DNA of 64,000 nucleotides from Epithemia pelagica (lineage: Eukaryota > Protista > Bacillariophyta). The translations under genes were made by a program, and so were the position numbers. Each line of letters starts with the position of its first letter. The first letter of the stretch is position 1. The notes below the pieces were generated by a model, which saw only the letters and a program-made list of their open reading frames with translations, had not been told where the DNA came from and searched no databases. The stretch lies in NCBI GenBank assembly GCA_946965045.2, contig OX337234.1, forward strand, positions 1,302,001 to 1,366,000, read 5' to 3'. Positions 10,529-19,809 of this stretch are shown in pieces.

Positions 10529-12169
10529 GTGAGTTTATCAGACCCACTGGCTTTGAAGCGAAGGGACCCAGTGATGGGTGGCAACTTAATCAAAGGAATC
10601 CTCACGTTTGCTCGAGTTGTTGATCGCTTTCCGGCCATCTGGTTGCGAGAGGGAGGTTCGCGTGGAATTAGTAAGTTGAAGATGACGACGGCAACGCGTG
10701 CGACGACGACTGACGAAGACCTCCAAAGAGTCGCCGAAGAGTTTTCTTTTAAACCCCAGGCAACGTACGAGTCGTTCGAGGAAGTAGGCTTTGGTCCCTT
10801 TGTGGTGCAGTGGACAGGGCTCGTTGAAAAAGTAGTGAACGTCGCTAGCCCCCGTGTGTCCTTCCACATCAACGGGTGCCGGGGCGCGGGGAAAACAACC
10901 TTATTGAATCTGATCGGATTGGCTCTACAGGCTAAAAACAAGACTGTGTACTTTATTGAGAACGCGACATTCCTGAACCGAGAACTCGTGATCCGTTTCG
11001 TCAAGACCCTGGCTAACGAGAAAAAGCAAGTGTGGCTTCTCATTGACGAAACCCAAGATAACGTGGGAGGAGGACTTTTTACTCTCCTCCTGAAGAATAC
11101 TATGAACCACAAGATCACCACGGTAGGCGCTGGTGTGCCCGAGTACCGAACGATGAGTCAAAAGTTCACGCAAAAAGTGGACACGTCTGACCTCTTCTTG
11201 TCGTCAAACGAAGTGATGGTTCGCGAAGGAGTGGTGGATTATTTTTCGGGTGTGGCGGCTGCTGTAGGCGGGCCAGCTGCTGCGAATGTCGAAAGTCTCC
11301 GTACGGTCTTGGAACATGTACGTAACTACGTCGGTGGGCACATCCATCCCTTAATGTGGCTCTCAGAGGTTCTGGTAACGAAGCGTCTTGCGCTAGGCTA
11401 CAATACCGCTCAGACATTAGAGTACTTGCATTCATATGAGTTGCAAGGCCAGGACCAGTACAAGGCCATGGCTGATCGGTGTCTACCTGATATTTTATCT
11501 ACTGACGTGCGTCCACTACTGTATAAAACCCAGGATCCAACGGTACTCTATGATCTCAAGCGAAAAGGCTTCTGCGACGCCAACAATAAGATCTTATCCG
11601 AATTTCTCTTTCAAGGATTCATCTCCAAGATATCATCAAGCCACTCTTTCAAAAGTCAGCTCTCGCATGGTGTCGAAGGTGTGCAGGAACTTCTTCAGTT
11701 CGCTCTTCCAAATCTAGATTGGACGCCATACAACCCTTTTGGGGGGCCCATTGAAGATGCACTTACGTTGGAACTTTTAATCATTCTTTCGGGGGTTTCC
11801 TACCTCAAAACTCGATTGTTCAACCCAAAGCTTGTCAATGTTGGGACGGCAGCAAGAAAACCTGACCTATATTTCAATTCTCGTGTTGACTCTTTCGTTG
11901 AGTGCGTCCTAACGAGCGCCATCAACAACACCGAAATCGCGAAGCTTGACGAGCACATACTCAGATTCTTTCCGAAAACTCCCGGAGGGACCCCACACTA
12001 CGTGATTGGTAACAGTAGCTTTGCGATTCTGAATTATCAAAAAATGGGCGACCGGCCAATAAAGCCAAGCCCGCAATATCAGGGGCGGTTCTTTGAAAGC
12101 CAAGTTTTCACATTCCTGATGAGCACGAAGGAAGTCTATAGGGGAAGTACTCGCATTGCAGGTCCATAA
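10529..12169 (+). CDS. Crinkler-like P-loop NTPase with C-terminal PD-(D/E)xK-like nuclease; start uncertain
   Basis: Walker A GCRGAGKTT, Walker B WLLIDETQ, C-terminal RKPDLYFN...FVECV. In-frame ATGs at 10553 and 10682. Confidence 0.65.
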   Translation: MSLSDPLALKRRDPVMGGNLIKGILTFARVVDRFPAIWLREGGSRGISKLKMTTATRATTTDEDLQRVAEEFSFKPQATYESFEEVGFGPFVVQWTGLVEKVVNVASPRVSFHINGCRGAGKTTLLNLIGLALQAKNKTVYFIENATFLNRELVIRFVKTLANEKKQVWLLIDETQDNVGGGLFTLLLKNTMNHKITTVGAGVPEYRTMSQKFTQKVDTSDLFLSSNEVMVREGVVDYFSGVAAAVGGPAAANVESLRTVLEHVRNYVGGHIHPLMWLSEVLVTKRLALGYNTAQTLEYLHSYELQGQDQYKAMADRCLPDILSTDVRPLLYKTQDPTVLYDLKRKGFCDANNKILSEFLFQGFISKISSSHSFKSQLSHGVEGVQELLQFALPNLDWTPYNPFGGPIEDALTLELLIILSGVSYLKTRLFNPKLVNVGTAARKPDLYFNSRVDSFVECVLTSAINNTEIAKLDEHILRFFPKTPGGTPHYVIGNSSFAILNYQKMGDRPIKPSPQYQGRFFESQVFTFLMSTKEVYRGSTRIAGP

Positions 12170-12199
12170 AAACTCCCCTCTCCTCGCGTCGTCCACATA

Positions 12200-13121
12200 G
12201 ACTGTACAGTAGCTCAACATGCTCCAACATAGTTTACCTCGGCAGGTTAGGCCAGAGTAGTTGCCCTTTCTCGTCGTTCCGACAGATTCCAGAACTGTTC
12301 TGACATTCCATAGTTGTGATTGACAGAGCTTCATCCAATTTCTGTTGTCATGAATCTTGATTCATTCTCAGATATATCTCTTGATATATGTGTAGGCAGT
12401 TCTTCCTCAGGACAATTTGCTTGCCTTGGCTCCATTTGACCTCTATGCTTGGTGATGTTGAGAAGATGGTAGGGGGACGGATGAAACGAAGTAATACAGT
12501 GTGGTCTACAATGTCGGTATGCCCAAACTGCAAAGCAGAAACTGGTGGCACGATCATCGACAGAAAGTGAGTTGATCGGCGTCCATGATGCAATGCCCAA
12601 CATGTTGTGGTGTCGGGAGTTTTTGCTGGCCCAAGGATAAGCAATAAAAGAAACCAAACTACTACAAGACAACATGAGCGCAATGTTGCTAGAGAAGCAT
12701 GGAAAGGCCTCCAGCAGCAAACGTACCAAACATATTAACATCCGGTTTTTTTTATCAAAGACCGAGTGGATAAAAAGGAGATTCAGATTGAACATTGCCC
12801 GACTGCTGAAATGTTGGCTGATTTCCACACGAAGCACTTGCAAGGATCACTCTTCTACAAATTCCGGGATCTGTTGTTTAATATATCCCAAAGAATGATA
12901 AATATCATTCTTCGGCAAGGAGTGTGTTGGAACAAAACCAGGAGAACAAGCAATAAGAGCGACCAAAGAATGAAGAAGTGGAGGATTGGCAAGATGTTGC
13001 CCTAAGCGGTCATAAGATCCGCAAAATGAAGGAGACATCTAGTGCTCACTCTTTGTAATCTATAACGAAATTTGCTTCAGCTTTGTTGCCTGTACAGCAC
13101 GAAGACTGATCAGTTTCAACA
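12200..13121 (+). mobile_element. Degenerate Ty1/Copia remnant (RNase H end, PPT, 3' LTR)
   Basis: KQKLVARSSTESELIGVHDAMPNMLW...Q(stop)...QDNMSAMLLEKHG..SSKRTKHINIRFF, then a frameshift to CPTAEMLADFHTKHLQG. PPT AAGGAGTG at 12917-12924. The left boundary is approximate. Confidence 0.85.
12925..13121 (+). repeat. 3' LTR of the Copia remnant (TGTTGG...TTCAACA, 197 bp)
   Basis: TG..CA termini directly after the PPT. Shares TGTTGGAAC and GTTGCCTnTACAGCACG with the intact element's LTR. Confidence 0.75.
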
Positions 13122-13598
13122 ACACATACCCTAGAGGCAGACAATGGGCCTCTATATTTACACCACCCTGAGACGCCCGGGCCCGGGCGCCAGTGCTTCT
13201 CTCGTAGTTGTCTTCGTCTTCTATCTGCCATGGACTCGCGGTGAGACGTACGGTTACGCACCTGCGGCAACCCCCTCTCCTTTCTCGTCCTAGGGACATC
13301 TCTACGTCGTCCCTTTCTAGTACTGCAGCAATCAACCATCGACTCTCACGGCATAACAGCAACCAAATGTGCTGCTGTGCTACGAGAAGTCTTTACCAAG
13401 CCGGTAGTGATGGATGGGTTCTGTTTGGATCACAAGAAGCCCTCGTGTTCAACACTTCGCTTTGAGTCCCGGTGAAGCGTTTTCCAAGTCTCAAGCCGCA
13501 ACAACAAGCAGACAAATCTGGACTATCATCCTGTGACCAGAAAAAGAGGACAAATCTGGACTATCATCCTGTGATCACAGAAAAATACATCCACGAAA

Positions 13599-13786
13599 AT
13601 GATGTCCCTATGGAACTTCTCATCAAGCGCTTTTGGTGGTCTCCTCAGCAGGACATCACCGGTAACACAAACAACCACGGTCCACTTGTCGCTGAACCAG
13701 AGTGAATTATGCAACAATACTCGATTGTATCTGGCGTTTTTGCAAAAGATTCACAAGACAGGAGTAACAGTCAGCAACGGGAGCTC
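13599..13786 (+). pseudogene. 5' part of a GRDP/DUF1399-like gene, interrupted by the Copia
   Basis: ATG 13599 ...LSLNQSELCNNTRLYLAFLQKIHKTGVTVSNGS rejoins the frame at 19810 when the element and one TSD copy are removed. Confidence 0.75.
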
Positions 13787-14000
13787 TGTTGGAACGGAAC
13801 CAGGAACAGAGCAAGGCACAGGATGACCAAACAGCGACCAGCAAAGATGAAGAAGATGAAGAAGGTTGGATCTTAGTCAAGCGACGTGGCAAGGCGCAAA
13901 AGAAAACTACAGATGAGCAAAGAGCTCATTCTATTGGAAATATCTAAAATAAGAAGCCTTTTGACGTTGCCTTTACAGCACGGCTTGTTTAGTTCCAACA
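13787..14000 (+). repeat. 5' LTR
   Basis: TGTTGGAACGG...GTTCCAACA; direct repeat of 19596-19809. Confidence 0.97.
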
Positions 14001-14014
14001 TATTTCCAATAGAA
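14001..14014 (+). promoter_or_regulatory. Primer-binding site complementary to the element's own LTR (putative self-priming)
   Basis: TATTTCCAATAGAA is the exact reverse complement of TTCTATTGGAAATA at 13929-13942. It lacks the TGG start expected of a tRNA-3'-end PBS. Confidence 0.7.
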
Positions 14015-14048
14015 AATACTTTCCAGATTGTCCTGTGAACTACTGTGA

Positions 14049-14675
14049 ATGGCTTCCGGGGACGGTGATAGTGTCACAGATCAAGTTGAAGAACACGTTG
14101 ACCCAGAAACGCCATTGGGGCGTCTTTTGGCCGAACTGACCCAATTGAGTATCAACGAACAAGAAGCGTACACACAATTGGAGCGGAGGTACGAGGAAGC
14201 TGCACGACAGCGCGAGGCGGCGTTTAGTGAAGCCAGAGCCCAATTGGAACGAGATCGACAAGAAGAACTCAGATTCGATTTAGCTCAACTATCAACGTCG
14301 AGAGCGGCCGTACACCAAAACGCCATCGAAGAACGACGACAACTGATCCGCCGTATTCACGGGCTGGCACCACAAGAACCGGTCCCTCAAGATATCCCGT
14401 CCAACAACGGCCATCAACGGCGCAATCAACCCAGACGCGTTGGTGTGCCAGTTCGCCCGGTGAACGTCCCTCGAGAGTTGCCAATCGGGACACGAGTCCG
14501 TGTATTGAATTCGCTGCGTCTCGCTCAGCGTACCCCAGCACGAAACCTCGAAGGTCGTGTTATCAGTGTTGGAAGCCGGTTCTACACTCTTTCCATTTGG
14601 AATCCTACGACACGGCAAACAGAAGAACACCGCCGTCAAAGGAACAACATAGCAGTGATTACGGACAATGAGTAA
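14049..14675 (+). CDS. Extra upstream ORF of the Copia (208 aa; coiled coil + SH3/KOW-like C-terminus)
   Basis: ATG-initiated ORF with an E/R/Q/A-rich helical N-half and C-terminal LPIGTRVRVLN..LEGRVISVGSRFYTL. Its stop overlaps the gag-pol ATG (ATGAGTAA, 14668-14675). Confidence 0.7.
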   Translation: MASGDGDSVTDQVEEHVDPETPLGRLLAELTQLSINEQEAYTQLERRYEEAARQREAAFSEARAQLERDRQEELRFDLAQLSTSRAAVHQNAIEERRQLIRRIHGLAPQEPVPQDIPSNNGHQRRNQPRRVGVPVRPVNVPRELPIGTRVRVLNSLRLAQRTPARNLEGRVISVGSRFYTLSIWNPTTRQTEEHRRQRNNIAVITDNE

Positions 14676-17600
14676 TCGTTCAGGGACGGAGGCCCGCCCT
14701 GACGCAGCACCCAGCAGCAATGCAGGATCGTCCAACACGCGCAGCAACCAAGGCGGAGGGTCCAGGCGCAGTGGCGGCGGACGTGGTCGAGGCAACAGGA
14801 ATCAAGGTCCAGCCAATCAGTCTCGCTTCCAAGGCCAGGAGCCTTCATTAAAGGACTGCACCTTTGATTACTCAGAGGACTCCCAGTCCAAACGTTATAT
14901 TCGAAACATTGAGTTGTTGGTTGGGTACATTGGTACCAATTACAATCGACATAACATGCACTTCCAGAAAGCAGTGGAGCAACTGGAACTCCCTGATCCT
15001 CCTCCAGTCAAGCGTCCTAAAGATATGAAAGATCTGATTGAGGTTGAAGAATGGAAACTCAATTACAAAGCAAGAGAGGAACAGATGCTAGTATATGAAG
15101 GATTTCGATCCTCGCTGTTCAGTTTGCTACTGGGGCAGTGTACTCCCCTACTACGCGACAAGTTGAGAGCCAAGAGTGAATACCAACCGATTCAAGACAA
15201 GCGGGATGGCGTGGCTCTGCTTAAACTCATCAAAGCAACCACATTCACCTACGACTCAAATCGTCTCTACACGGCGGTGTCAAGGGACCGTTTGAAAGAA
15301 GAATTCTTCTCCTTACGTCGCAAAAATAATCAAACTATTCAAGCATATTATGAGGTATTTCGCGCAAAGTACAAGGTTCTAGAAGAGTTGAACATTGTGC
15401 TGTATGACGAAGACTTCGCCGCCGAGATTGCCAAACGCGAGAAGCGGAGCAAGGTGACCGATGAGGACAGAAAGGAAGCACAAGAAAGATGTGTGGCCGT
15501 GCGGTTTATACGTACATGCGGCCAAAAAGATTATGAATCTCATCTTCAAAACACCTTTTTGGATGGACAGAACAACTATCCATCAAGCCTCGCCGAGGCC
15601 CGTGCCATTATCGATAACCGGCTGATGAGCAATCGACACAACCAGAATAATCAAGTGAATGTGAACCAAACTGGGAATGAGTCTGCCACTGGAGTGGCAT
15701 ACCATACCCAGGGCGTGTCATCTGATGATACTTCGACCCTCACAGAAAACACATCCGGAGCAGGGACCCAAGAATCAGGTAATCGAGGACAAGGTACAGT
15801 AACCTCATCCTCCCGATCCATTCCCCCAGTTGTAACAGACTCACCTCCTGCATTCTCCTTTGCTGCTTCCTCTTCACAGGCCAGCATCCCTCCTAACTGG
15901 ATCCTCCTGGACAATCAGTCCACAGTAGATATCATCGTCAATCAAGCACTACTCAAGAACATTCACGCAAGTGACCATCCAATCACGGTGTCCAGCCATG
16001 CGGGCAGCCGCATATTGTATCATCAAGGCCTGTTACCAGGATACGGCTTAGTCTGGTACGACAAGGCTGGCCCTGCCAACATTCTATCACTCCACAATGC
16101 CCAAGCAAGATTCCACATTACGTATAATAGCGTGGACGGCAATAGTTTCGAATTAAAAGATCCTGCAACGGGAAGACTCAAGCACACCTTTCATCAGAGT
16201 CCCGAAGGACTATTCTATATGGATAGTAGTAACCTAGCACATGGTAGTTTCTTAACTACCGTGTCTACTAACGAACGTGGTTACTCCCCAAGGGAAGTCT
16301 CAAGAGCTAAATTAGCAAGAAGCATACAGGCAAGAATCGGTCGCCCATCAACAAGGGATTTTATCAAAATTGTGGAAGGGAACATGCTCCCTAACACACC
16401 CATCAATGCCAAGGATATTCGAAGAGCAGAGACAATATATGGTCCCGACCTTGGATCATTAAAAGGAAAGACTACCCGAAGAAAGGCACCTGTTGTGGAC
16501 ACTGAGATCCTAGTGCCCCCTAGTATCAAGGATGAACACAAGGACATCACATTAGCTATGGACGTCATGCATGTGAACGGAATCCCGTTCTTGCTGGCAA
16601 CAACACGAAAGATTCGGTTCGGCATGGTTGAAGCTCTTCCACGATTGACTGAAGATGCAATGATGACAGCAATCAAACGGATTGTTGGCGTGCTAAGACG
16701 AGGCGATCTACGTCCGCGAGTACTGCTGTTCGATGGAGCACTGGCCTACGAAAGTTTCCAACATCGGCTTAATATGCTGGGCATCCAGCTTAACACCACA
16801 GCTCAAGACGAACACGTGGGAGAAGCCGAACGGTTCATCAGAACTGTGAAAGATCGCATGCGTAGCGCCTTCAACATGTTGCCATATGCAACCGTTCCCA
16901 AAGTGATGGTGATTGAACTGGCCAAGTTTGTCGTGTTTTGGTTAAACAGTTTCCCGAATAAAAATGGGATATCGACTACCATGAGCCCACGCGAAATCGT
17001 AACGGGAGAGAAGATGGATTATCGAGCCCACTGTCGATACGAGTTTGGACAATACGTACAATGCCACGAGCAACACGACAATTCAATGGCTCCCAGAACG
17101 ATCGGAGCTCTGGCTTTACGTCCTACCGGCAACAGGCAAGGAAGCTACTATTTCCTTAGCCTTGACAGTGGACGGGTCATCACCAGAAATAACGCAACAA
17201 CTTTACCTATGCCGGATGAAGTGATTAAGCGTGTGGAGGCCTTGGCAGCTGCACAGTCCATGCAGCCAGGACTAGCATTCAGTAACCGCGACAACAGGAT
17301 CCTATCGCTAGATGATGACAATCCACTGTTCAACGAGGCCGATGATGACACCTATGTCGACGACGACGAATCCGATGAGGATCTCCGCTATGATGATGAC
17401 ATGGTGGCTCAGGAATTGGAGCCAGCCGTCGATCATCCAGAAGCGACGGAAAACCCAGGAGTGGGGGAAAATCAAGGAGTGATGGAGGATTTAGGAGTGG
17501 AGGAGTTGGTAGTGGGGGAAGAAATGCAAGAGGAGGAACCGGCCGCTGTGACCATCGACGATGTCCAGCATGATGCTCAGGAGGAGGATGATATCATAGA

Positions 17601-19569
17601 GGAGGATGCTGGCTCAGTAGTGGAGGACGAGGAGAGTCAAAACAATCAGGCGGACAATGAGGTTGTCGAGAATAATGAGGGGGACGTGGAAACCGTGAAT
17701 GAAAGTATGGAGATCGAATTCAACGACGATCAGCCCGAATCATCACAAGAGTTGTTTCCGGATGACCACCAACACGGAGCTGAGATGATTGATGATGAAC
17801 AACCGCATTACAATCTACGGCCAAATCGAGCACGCGACTATCGATACAGATACGGACACAGTTTTGCGTGTCTTGACTCCCTTCCAAAGGGTCGATATGA
17901 CGGTTACCTTTATAGGGGTATTGTCTATTTAACATCGACTGAGGTCAATCAATCTACACCTCAGTACCCCATGAAATATGGGTTGAAGTTGTTCGGCGAT
18001 AAAGGAGTTACTGCAGTTAAAAAAGAGATGCAACAATTACACGACCGTGGAGTCATCCGTGCGGTCCACCGATCCGATTTGTCGTGGAGTCAAATCAAAG
18101 CAGCTCTCGGGTATCTTATGTTTTTAAAGAGAAAGCGGTGCGGTAAAATCAAAGGCCGTGGTTGCGCGGACGGTCGCAAGCAACGTTCTTTCATCGACAA
18201 GGCTGATTCTGCATCGCCTACTGTTTCAACCGATGCAGTCTTCTTCACCGCCATCATCGACGCAATTGAACGCAGAGACGTGGCCATAATTGACATCCCA
18301 GGCGCCTTCATGCATTCGGATATGGATCCGAATGTGTTCATGCGGTTGGACGGTCTCATGGCGGAACTATTGCTAGAGGTCGACCGTGAGATGTACGAAC
18401 CCTATGTAACCTACGAAAAAGGGAAGCCGGTCATCTATGTTGAAATGCTAAAAGCATTGTATGGGACCCTTCGCGCCGCACGTTTGTTTTGGGAGCGTTT
18501 GTCCCGGGTGCTGGTGAGCTGGGGATTTGTAATTAACCCCTATGATTCTTGCGTCGCCAACAAGTGGGTGAATGGCAAGCAATGCACCATCACCTGGCAT
18601 ATTGATGACTTGAAGGTGTCCCACGAGTCGGCTCAAGTTGTAACCCACATTTTGGAAGATTTGAAAGCTGAGTTCGGACGCCTTGGCGAATTGTCCGTAT
18701 CACGCGGCAAAAGGCACGACTATTTGGGAATGTATCTCGACTTTAGTGAAGATGGGGTGCTGCAAGTGGATATGCGGCCATATATCGCAACCATTATGGA
18801 TGATTTGCCAAAGCAGATGAGAGGACGTGCGAGGACCCCAGCAGCACTCCATCTTAACAACACACGCGACAATGCAACCAAGTTGGACAAGGACAAGGCG
18901 GATCAGTATCATAGCATCACAATGCAGCTATCATATCTGGCGCAAAGAGGGCGTCCAGACATTCGTACCGCCGTTGCCTTTTTGTGTACCCGCGTTGCAT
19001 CGCCGGATGAGGACGATTATCGGAAACTCTGTCGGGTTCTCAAATACCTTCAATCCACATTCGATCTGGTCCTGCGATTGGAAGCTAACACCGACGGAGT
19101 CCTACGCTGGTGGGCTGATGCCTCATACGCTGCACATCCCGACATGAAAGGTCATACCGGCGGGTGTATGACCATGGGGAAGGGTGTGTCTCATGCCGTG
19201 TCATCCAAACAAAAGTTGGTGGCCCGCAGCTCGACCGAAAGTGAATTGATCGGGGTACATGACGTAATGCCGTCATTACTGTGGAGCCGAAACTTCCTCC
19301 AAGCACAAGGTGTGAAGGTGAAGGATGTCGTCCTAATGCAAGACAACAAAAGTACGATTTTGTTAGAAAAGAATGGACGGCGATCAAGTTCAAAAAGGAC
19401 CAAACATATCAACGTACGATATTTCTTCGTGACCGATAAGATTCAACAAAAAGCATTGAGAGTGGAGTATTGCCCAACAGAAGAGATGTTGGCAGACTTC
19501 TTCACGAAACCTCTCCAAGGCAATCTGTTCTACCGCTTACGGGATTCCGTAATGAATATTGTGCACTAG
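14668..19569 (+). CDS. Copia Gag-Pol polyprotein (Gag-PR-IN-RT-RH), 1633 aa
   Basis: Protease ILLDNQSTVD; integrase DVMHV..FDG..EAERFIRTVK; RT DIPGAF, KALYG, WHIDD; RNase H WADASYA, TESELIG, QDNKS, LADFFTKPL. IN precedes RT, as in Copia. Confidence 0.97.
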   Translation: MSNRSGTEARPDAAPSSNAGSSNTRSNQGGGSRRSGGGRGRGNRNQGPANQSRFQGQEPSLKDCTFDYSEDSQSKRYIRNIELLVGYIGTNYNRHNMHFQKAVEQLELPDPPPVKRPKDMKDLIEVEEWKLNYKAREEQMLVYEGFRSSLFSLLLGQCTPLLRDKLRAKSEYQPIQDKRDGVALLKLIKATTFTYDSNRLYTAVSRDRLKEEFFSLRRKNNQTIQAYYEVFRAKYKVLEELNIVLYDEDFAAEIAKREKRSKVTDEDRKEAQERCVAVRFIRTCGQKDYESHLQNTFLDGQNNYPSSLAEARAIIDNRLMSNRHNQNNQVNVNQTGNESATGVAYHTQGVSSDDTSTLTENTSGAGTQESGNRGQGTVTSSSRSIPPVVTDSPPAFSFAASSSQASIPPNWILLDNQSTVDIIVNQALLKNIHASDHPITVSSHAGSRILYHQGLLPGYGLVWYDKAGPANILSLHNAQARFHITYNSVDGNSFELKDPATGRLKHTFHQSPEGLFYMDSSNLAHGSFLTTVSTNERGYSPREVSRAKLARSIQARIGRPSTRDFIKIVEGNMLPNTPINAKDIRRAETIYGPDLGSLKGKTTRRKAPVVDTEILVPPSIKDEHKDITLAMDVMHVNGIPFLLATTRKIRFGMVEALPRLTEDAMMTAIKRIVGVLRRGDLRPRVLLFDGALAYESFQHRLNMLGIQLNTTAQDEHVGEAERFIRTVKDRMRSAFNMLPYATVPKVMVIELAKFVVFWLNSFPNKNGISTTMSPREIVTGEKMDYRAHCRYEFGQYVQCHEQHDNSMAPRTIGALALRPTGNRQGSYYFLSLDSGRVITRNNATTLPMPDEVIKRVEALAAAQSMQPGLAFSNRDNRILSLDDDNPLFNEADDDTYVDDDESDEDLRYDDDMVAQELEPAVDHPEATENPGVGENQGVMEDLGVEELVVGEEMQEEEPAAVTIDDVQHDAQEEDDIIEEDAGSVVEDEESQNNQADNEVVENNEGDVETVNESMEIEFNDDQPESSQELFPDDHQHGAEMIDDEQPHYNLRPNRARDYRYRYGHSFACLDSLPKGRYDGYLYRGIVYLTSTEVNQSTPQYPMKYGLKLFGDKGVTAVKKEMQQLHDRGVIRAVHRSDLSWSQIKAALGYLMFLKRKRCGKIKGRGCADGRKQRSFIDKADSASPTVSTDAVFFTAIIDAIERRDVAIIDIPGAFMHSDMDPNVFMRLDGLMAELLLEVDREMYEPYVTYEKGKPVIYVEMLKALYGTLRAARLFWERLSRVLVSWGFVINPYDSCVANKWVNGKQCTITWHIDDLKVSHESAQVVTHILEDLKAEFGRLGELSVSRGKRHDYLGMYLDFSEDGVLQVDMRPYIATIMDDLPKQMRGRARTPAALHLNNTRDNATKLDKDKADQYHSITMQLSYLAQRGRPDIRTAVAFLCTRVASPDEDDYRKLCRVLKYLQSTFDLVLRLEANTDGVLRWWADASYAAHPDMKGHTGGCMTMGKGVSHAVSSKQKLVARSSTESELIGVHDVMPSLLWSRNFLQAQGVKVKDVVLMQDNKSTILLEKNGRRSSSKRTKHINVRYFFVTDKIQQKALRVEYCPTEEMLADFFTKPLQGNLFYRLRDSVMNIVH

Positions 19570-19595
19570 TCCATACCATTCCTCACAAAGGAGTG

Positions 19596-19809
19596 TGTTG
19601 GAACGGAACCAGGAACAGAGCAAGGCACAGGATGACCAAACAGCGACCAGCAAAGATGAAGAAGATGAAGAAGGTTGGATCTTAGTCAAGCGACGTGGCA
19701 AGGCGCAAAAGAAAACTACAGATGAGCAAAGAGCTCATTCTATTGGAAATATCTAAAATAAGAAGCCTTTTGACGTTGCCTTTACAGCACGGCTTGTTTA
19801 GTTCCAACA
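19596..19809 (+). repeat. 3' LTR
   Basis: Direct repeat of 13787-14000. Confidence 0.97.

Larger units (their letters stand above)
13787..19809 (+). mobile_element. Intact, recently inserted Ty1/Copia LTR retrotransposon (diatom CoDi-like)
   Basis: 214-bp LTRs at 13787-14000 and 19596-19809 that appear identical by eye, TG..CA termini, AGCTC TSD (13782-13786 and 19810-19814), PPT AAAGGAGTG (19587-19595), intact gag-pol. Confidence 0.97.

Noticed and set aside
13060-13362. Minus-strand 100-aa ORF running into the remnant LTR, possibly an interrupted gene
   Set aside because: No recognisable domain, and no continuation found on the other side of the remnant.
13511-13586. 38-bp tandem duplication upstream of the GRDP-like ATG
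   Set aside because: A simple local duplication with no evidence of function.
14292-14795. 167-aa minus-strand ORF in the Copia leader
   Set aside because: Antisense shadow of the extra ORF and gag start, with no motifs.
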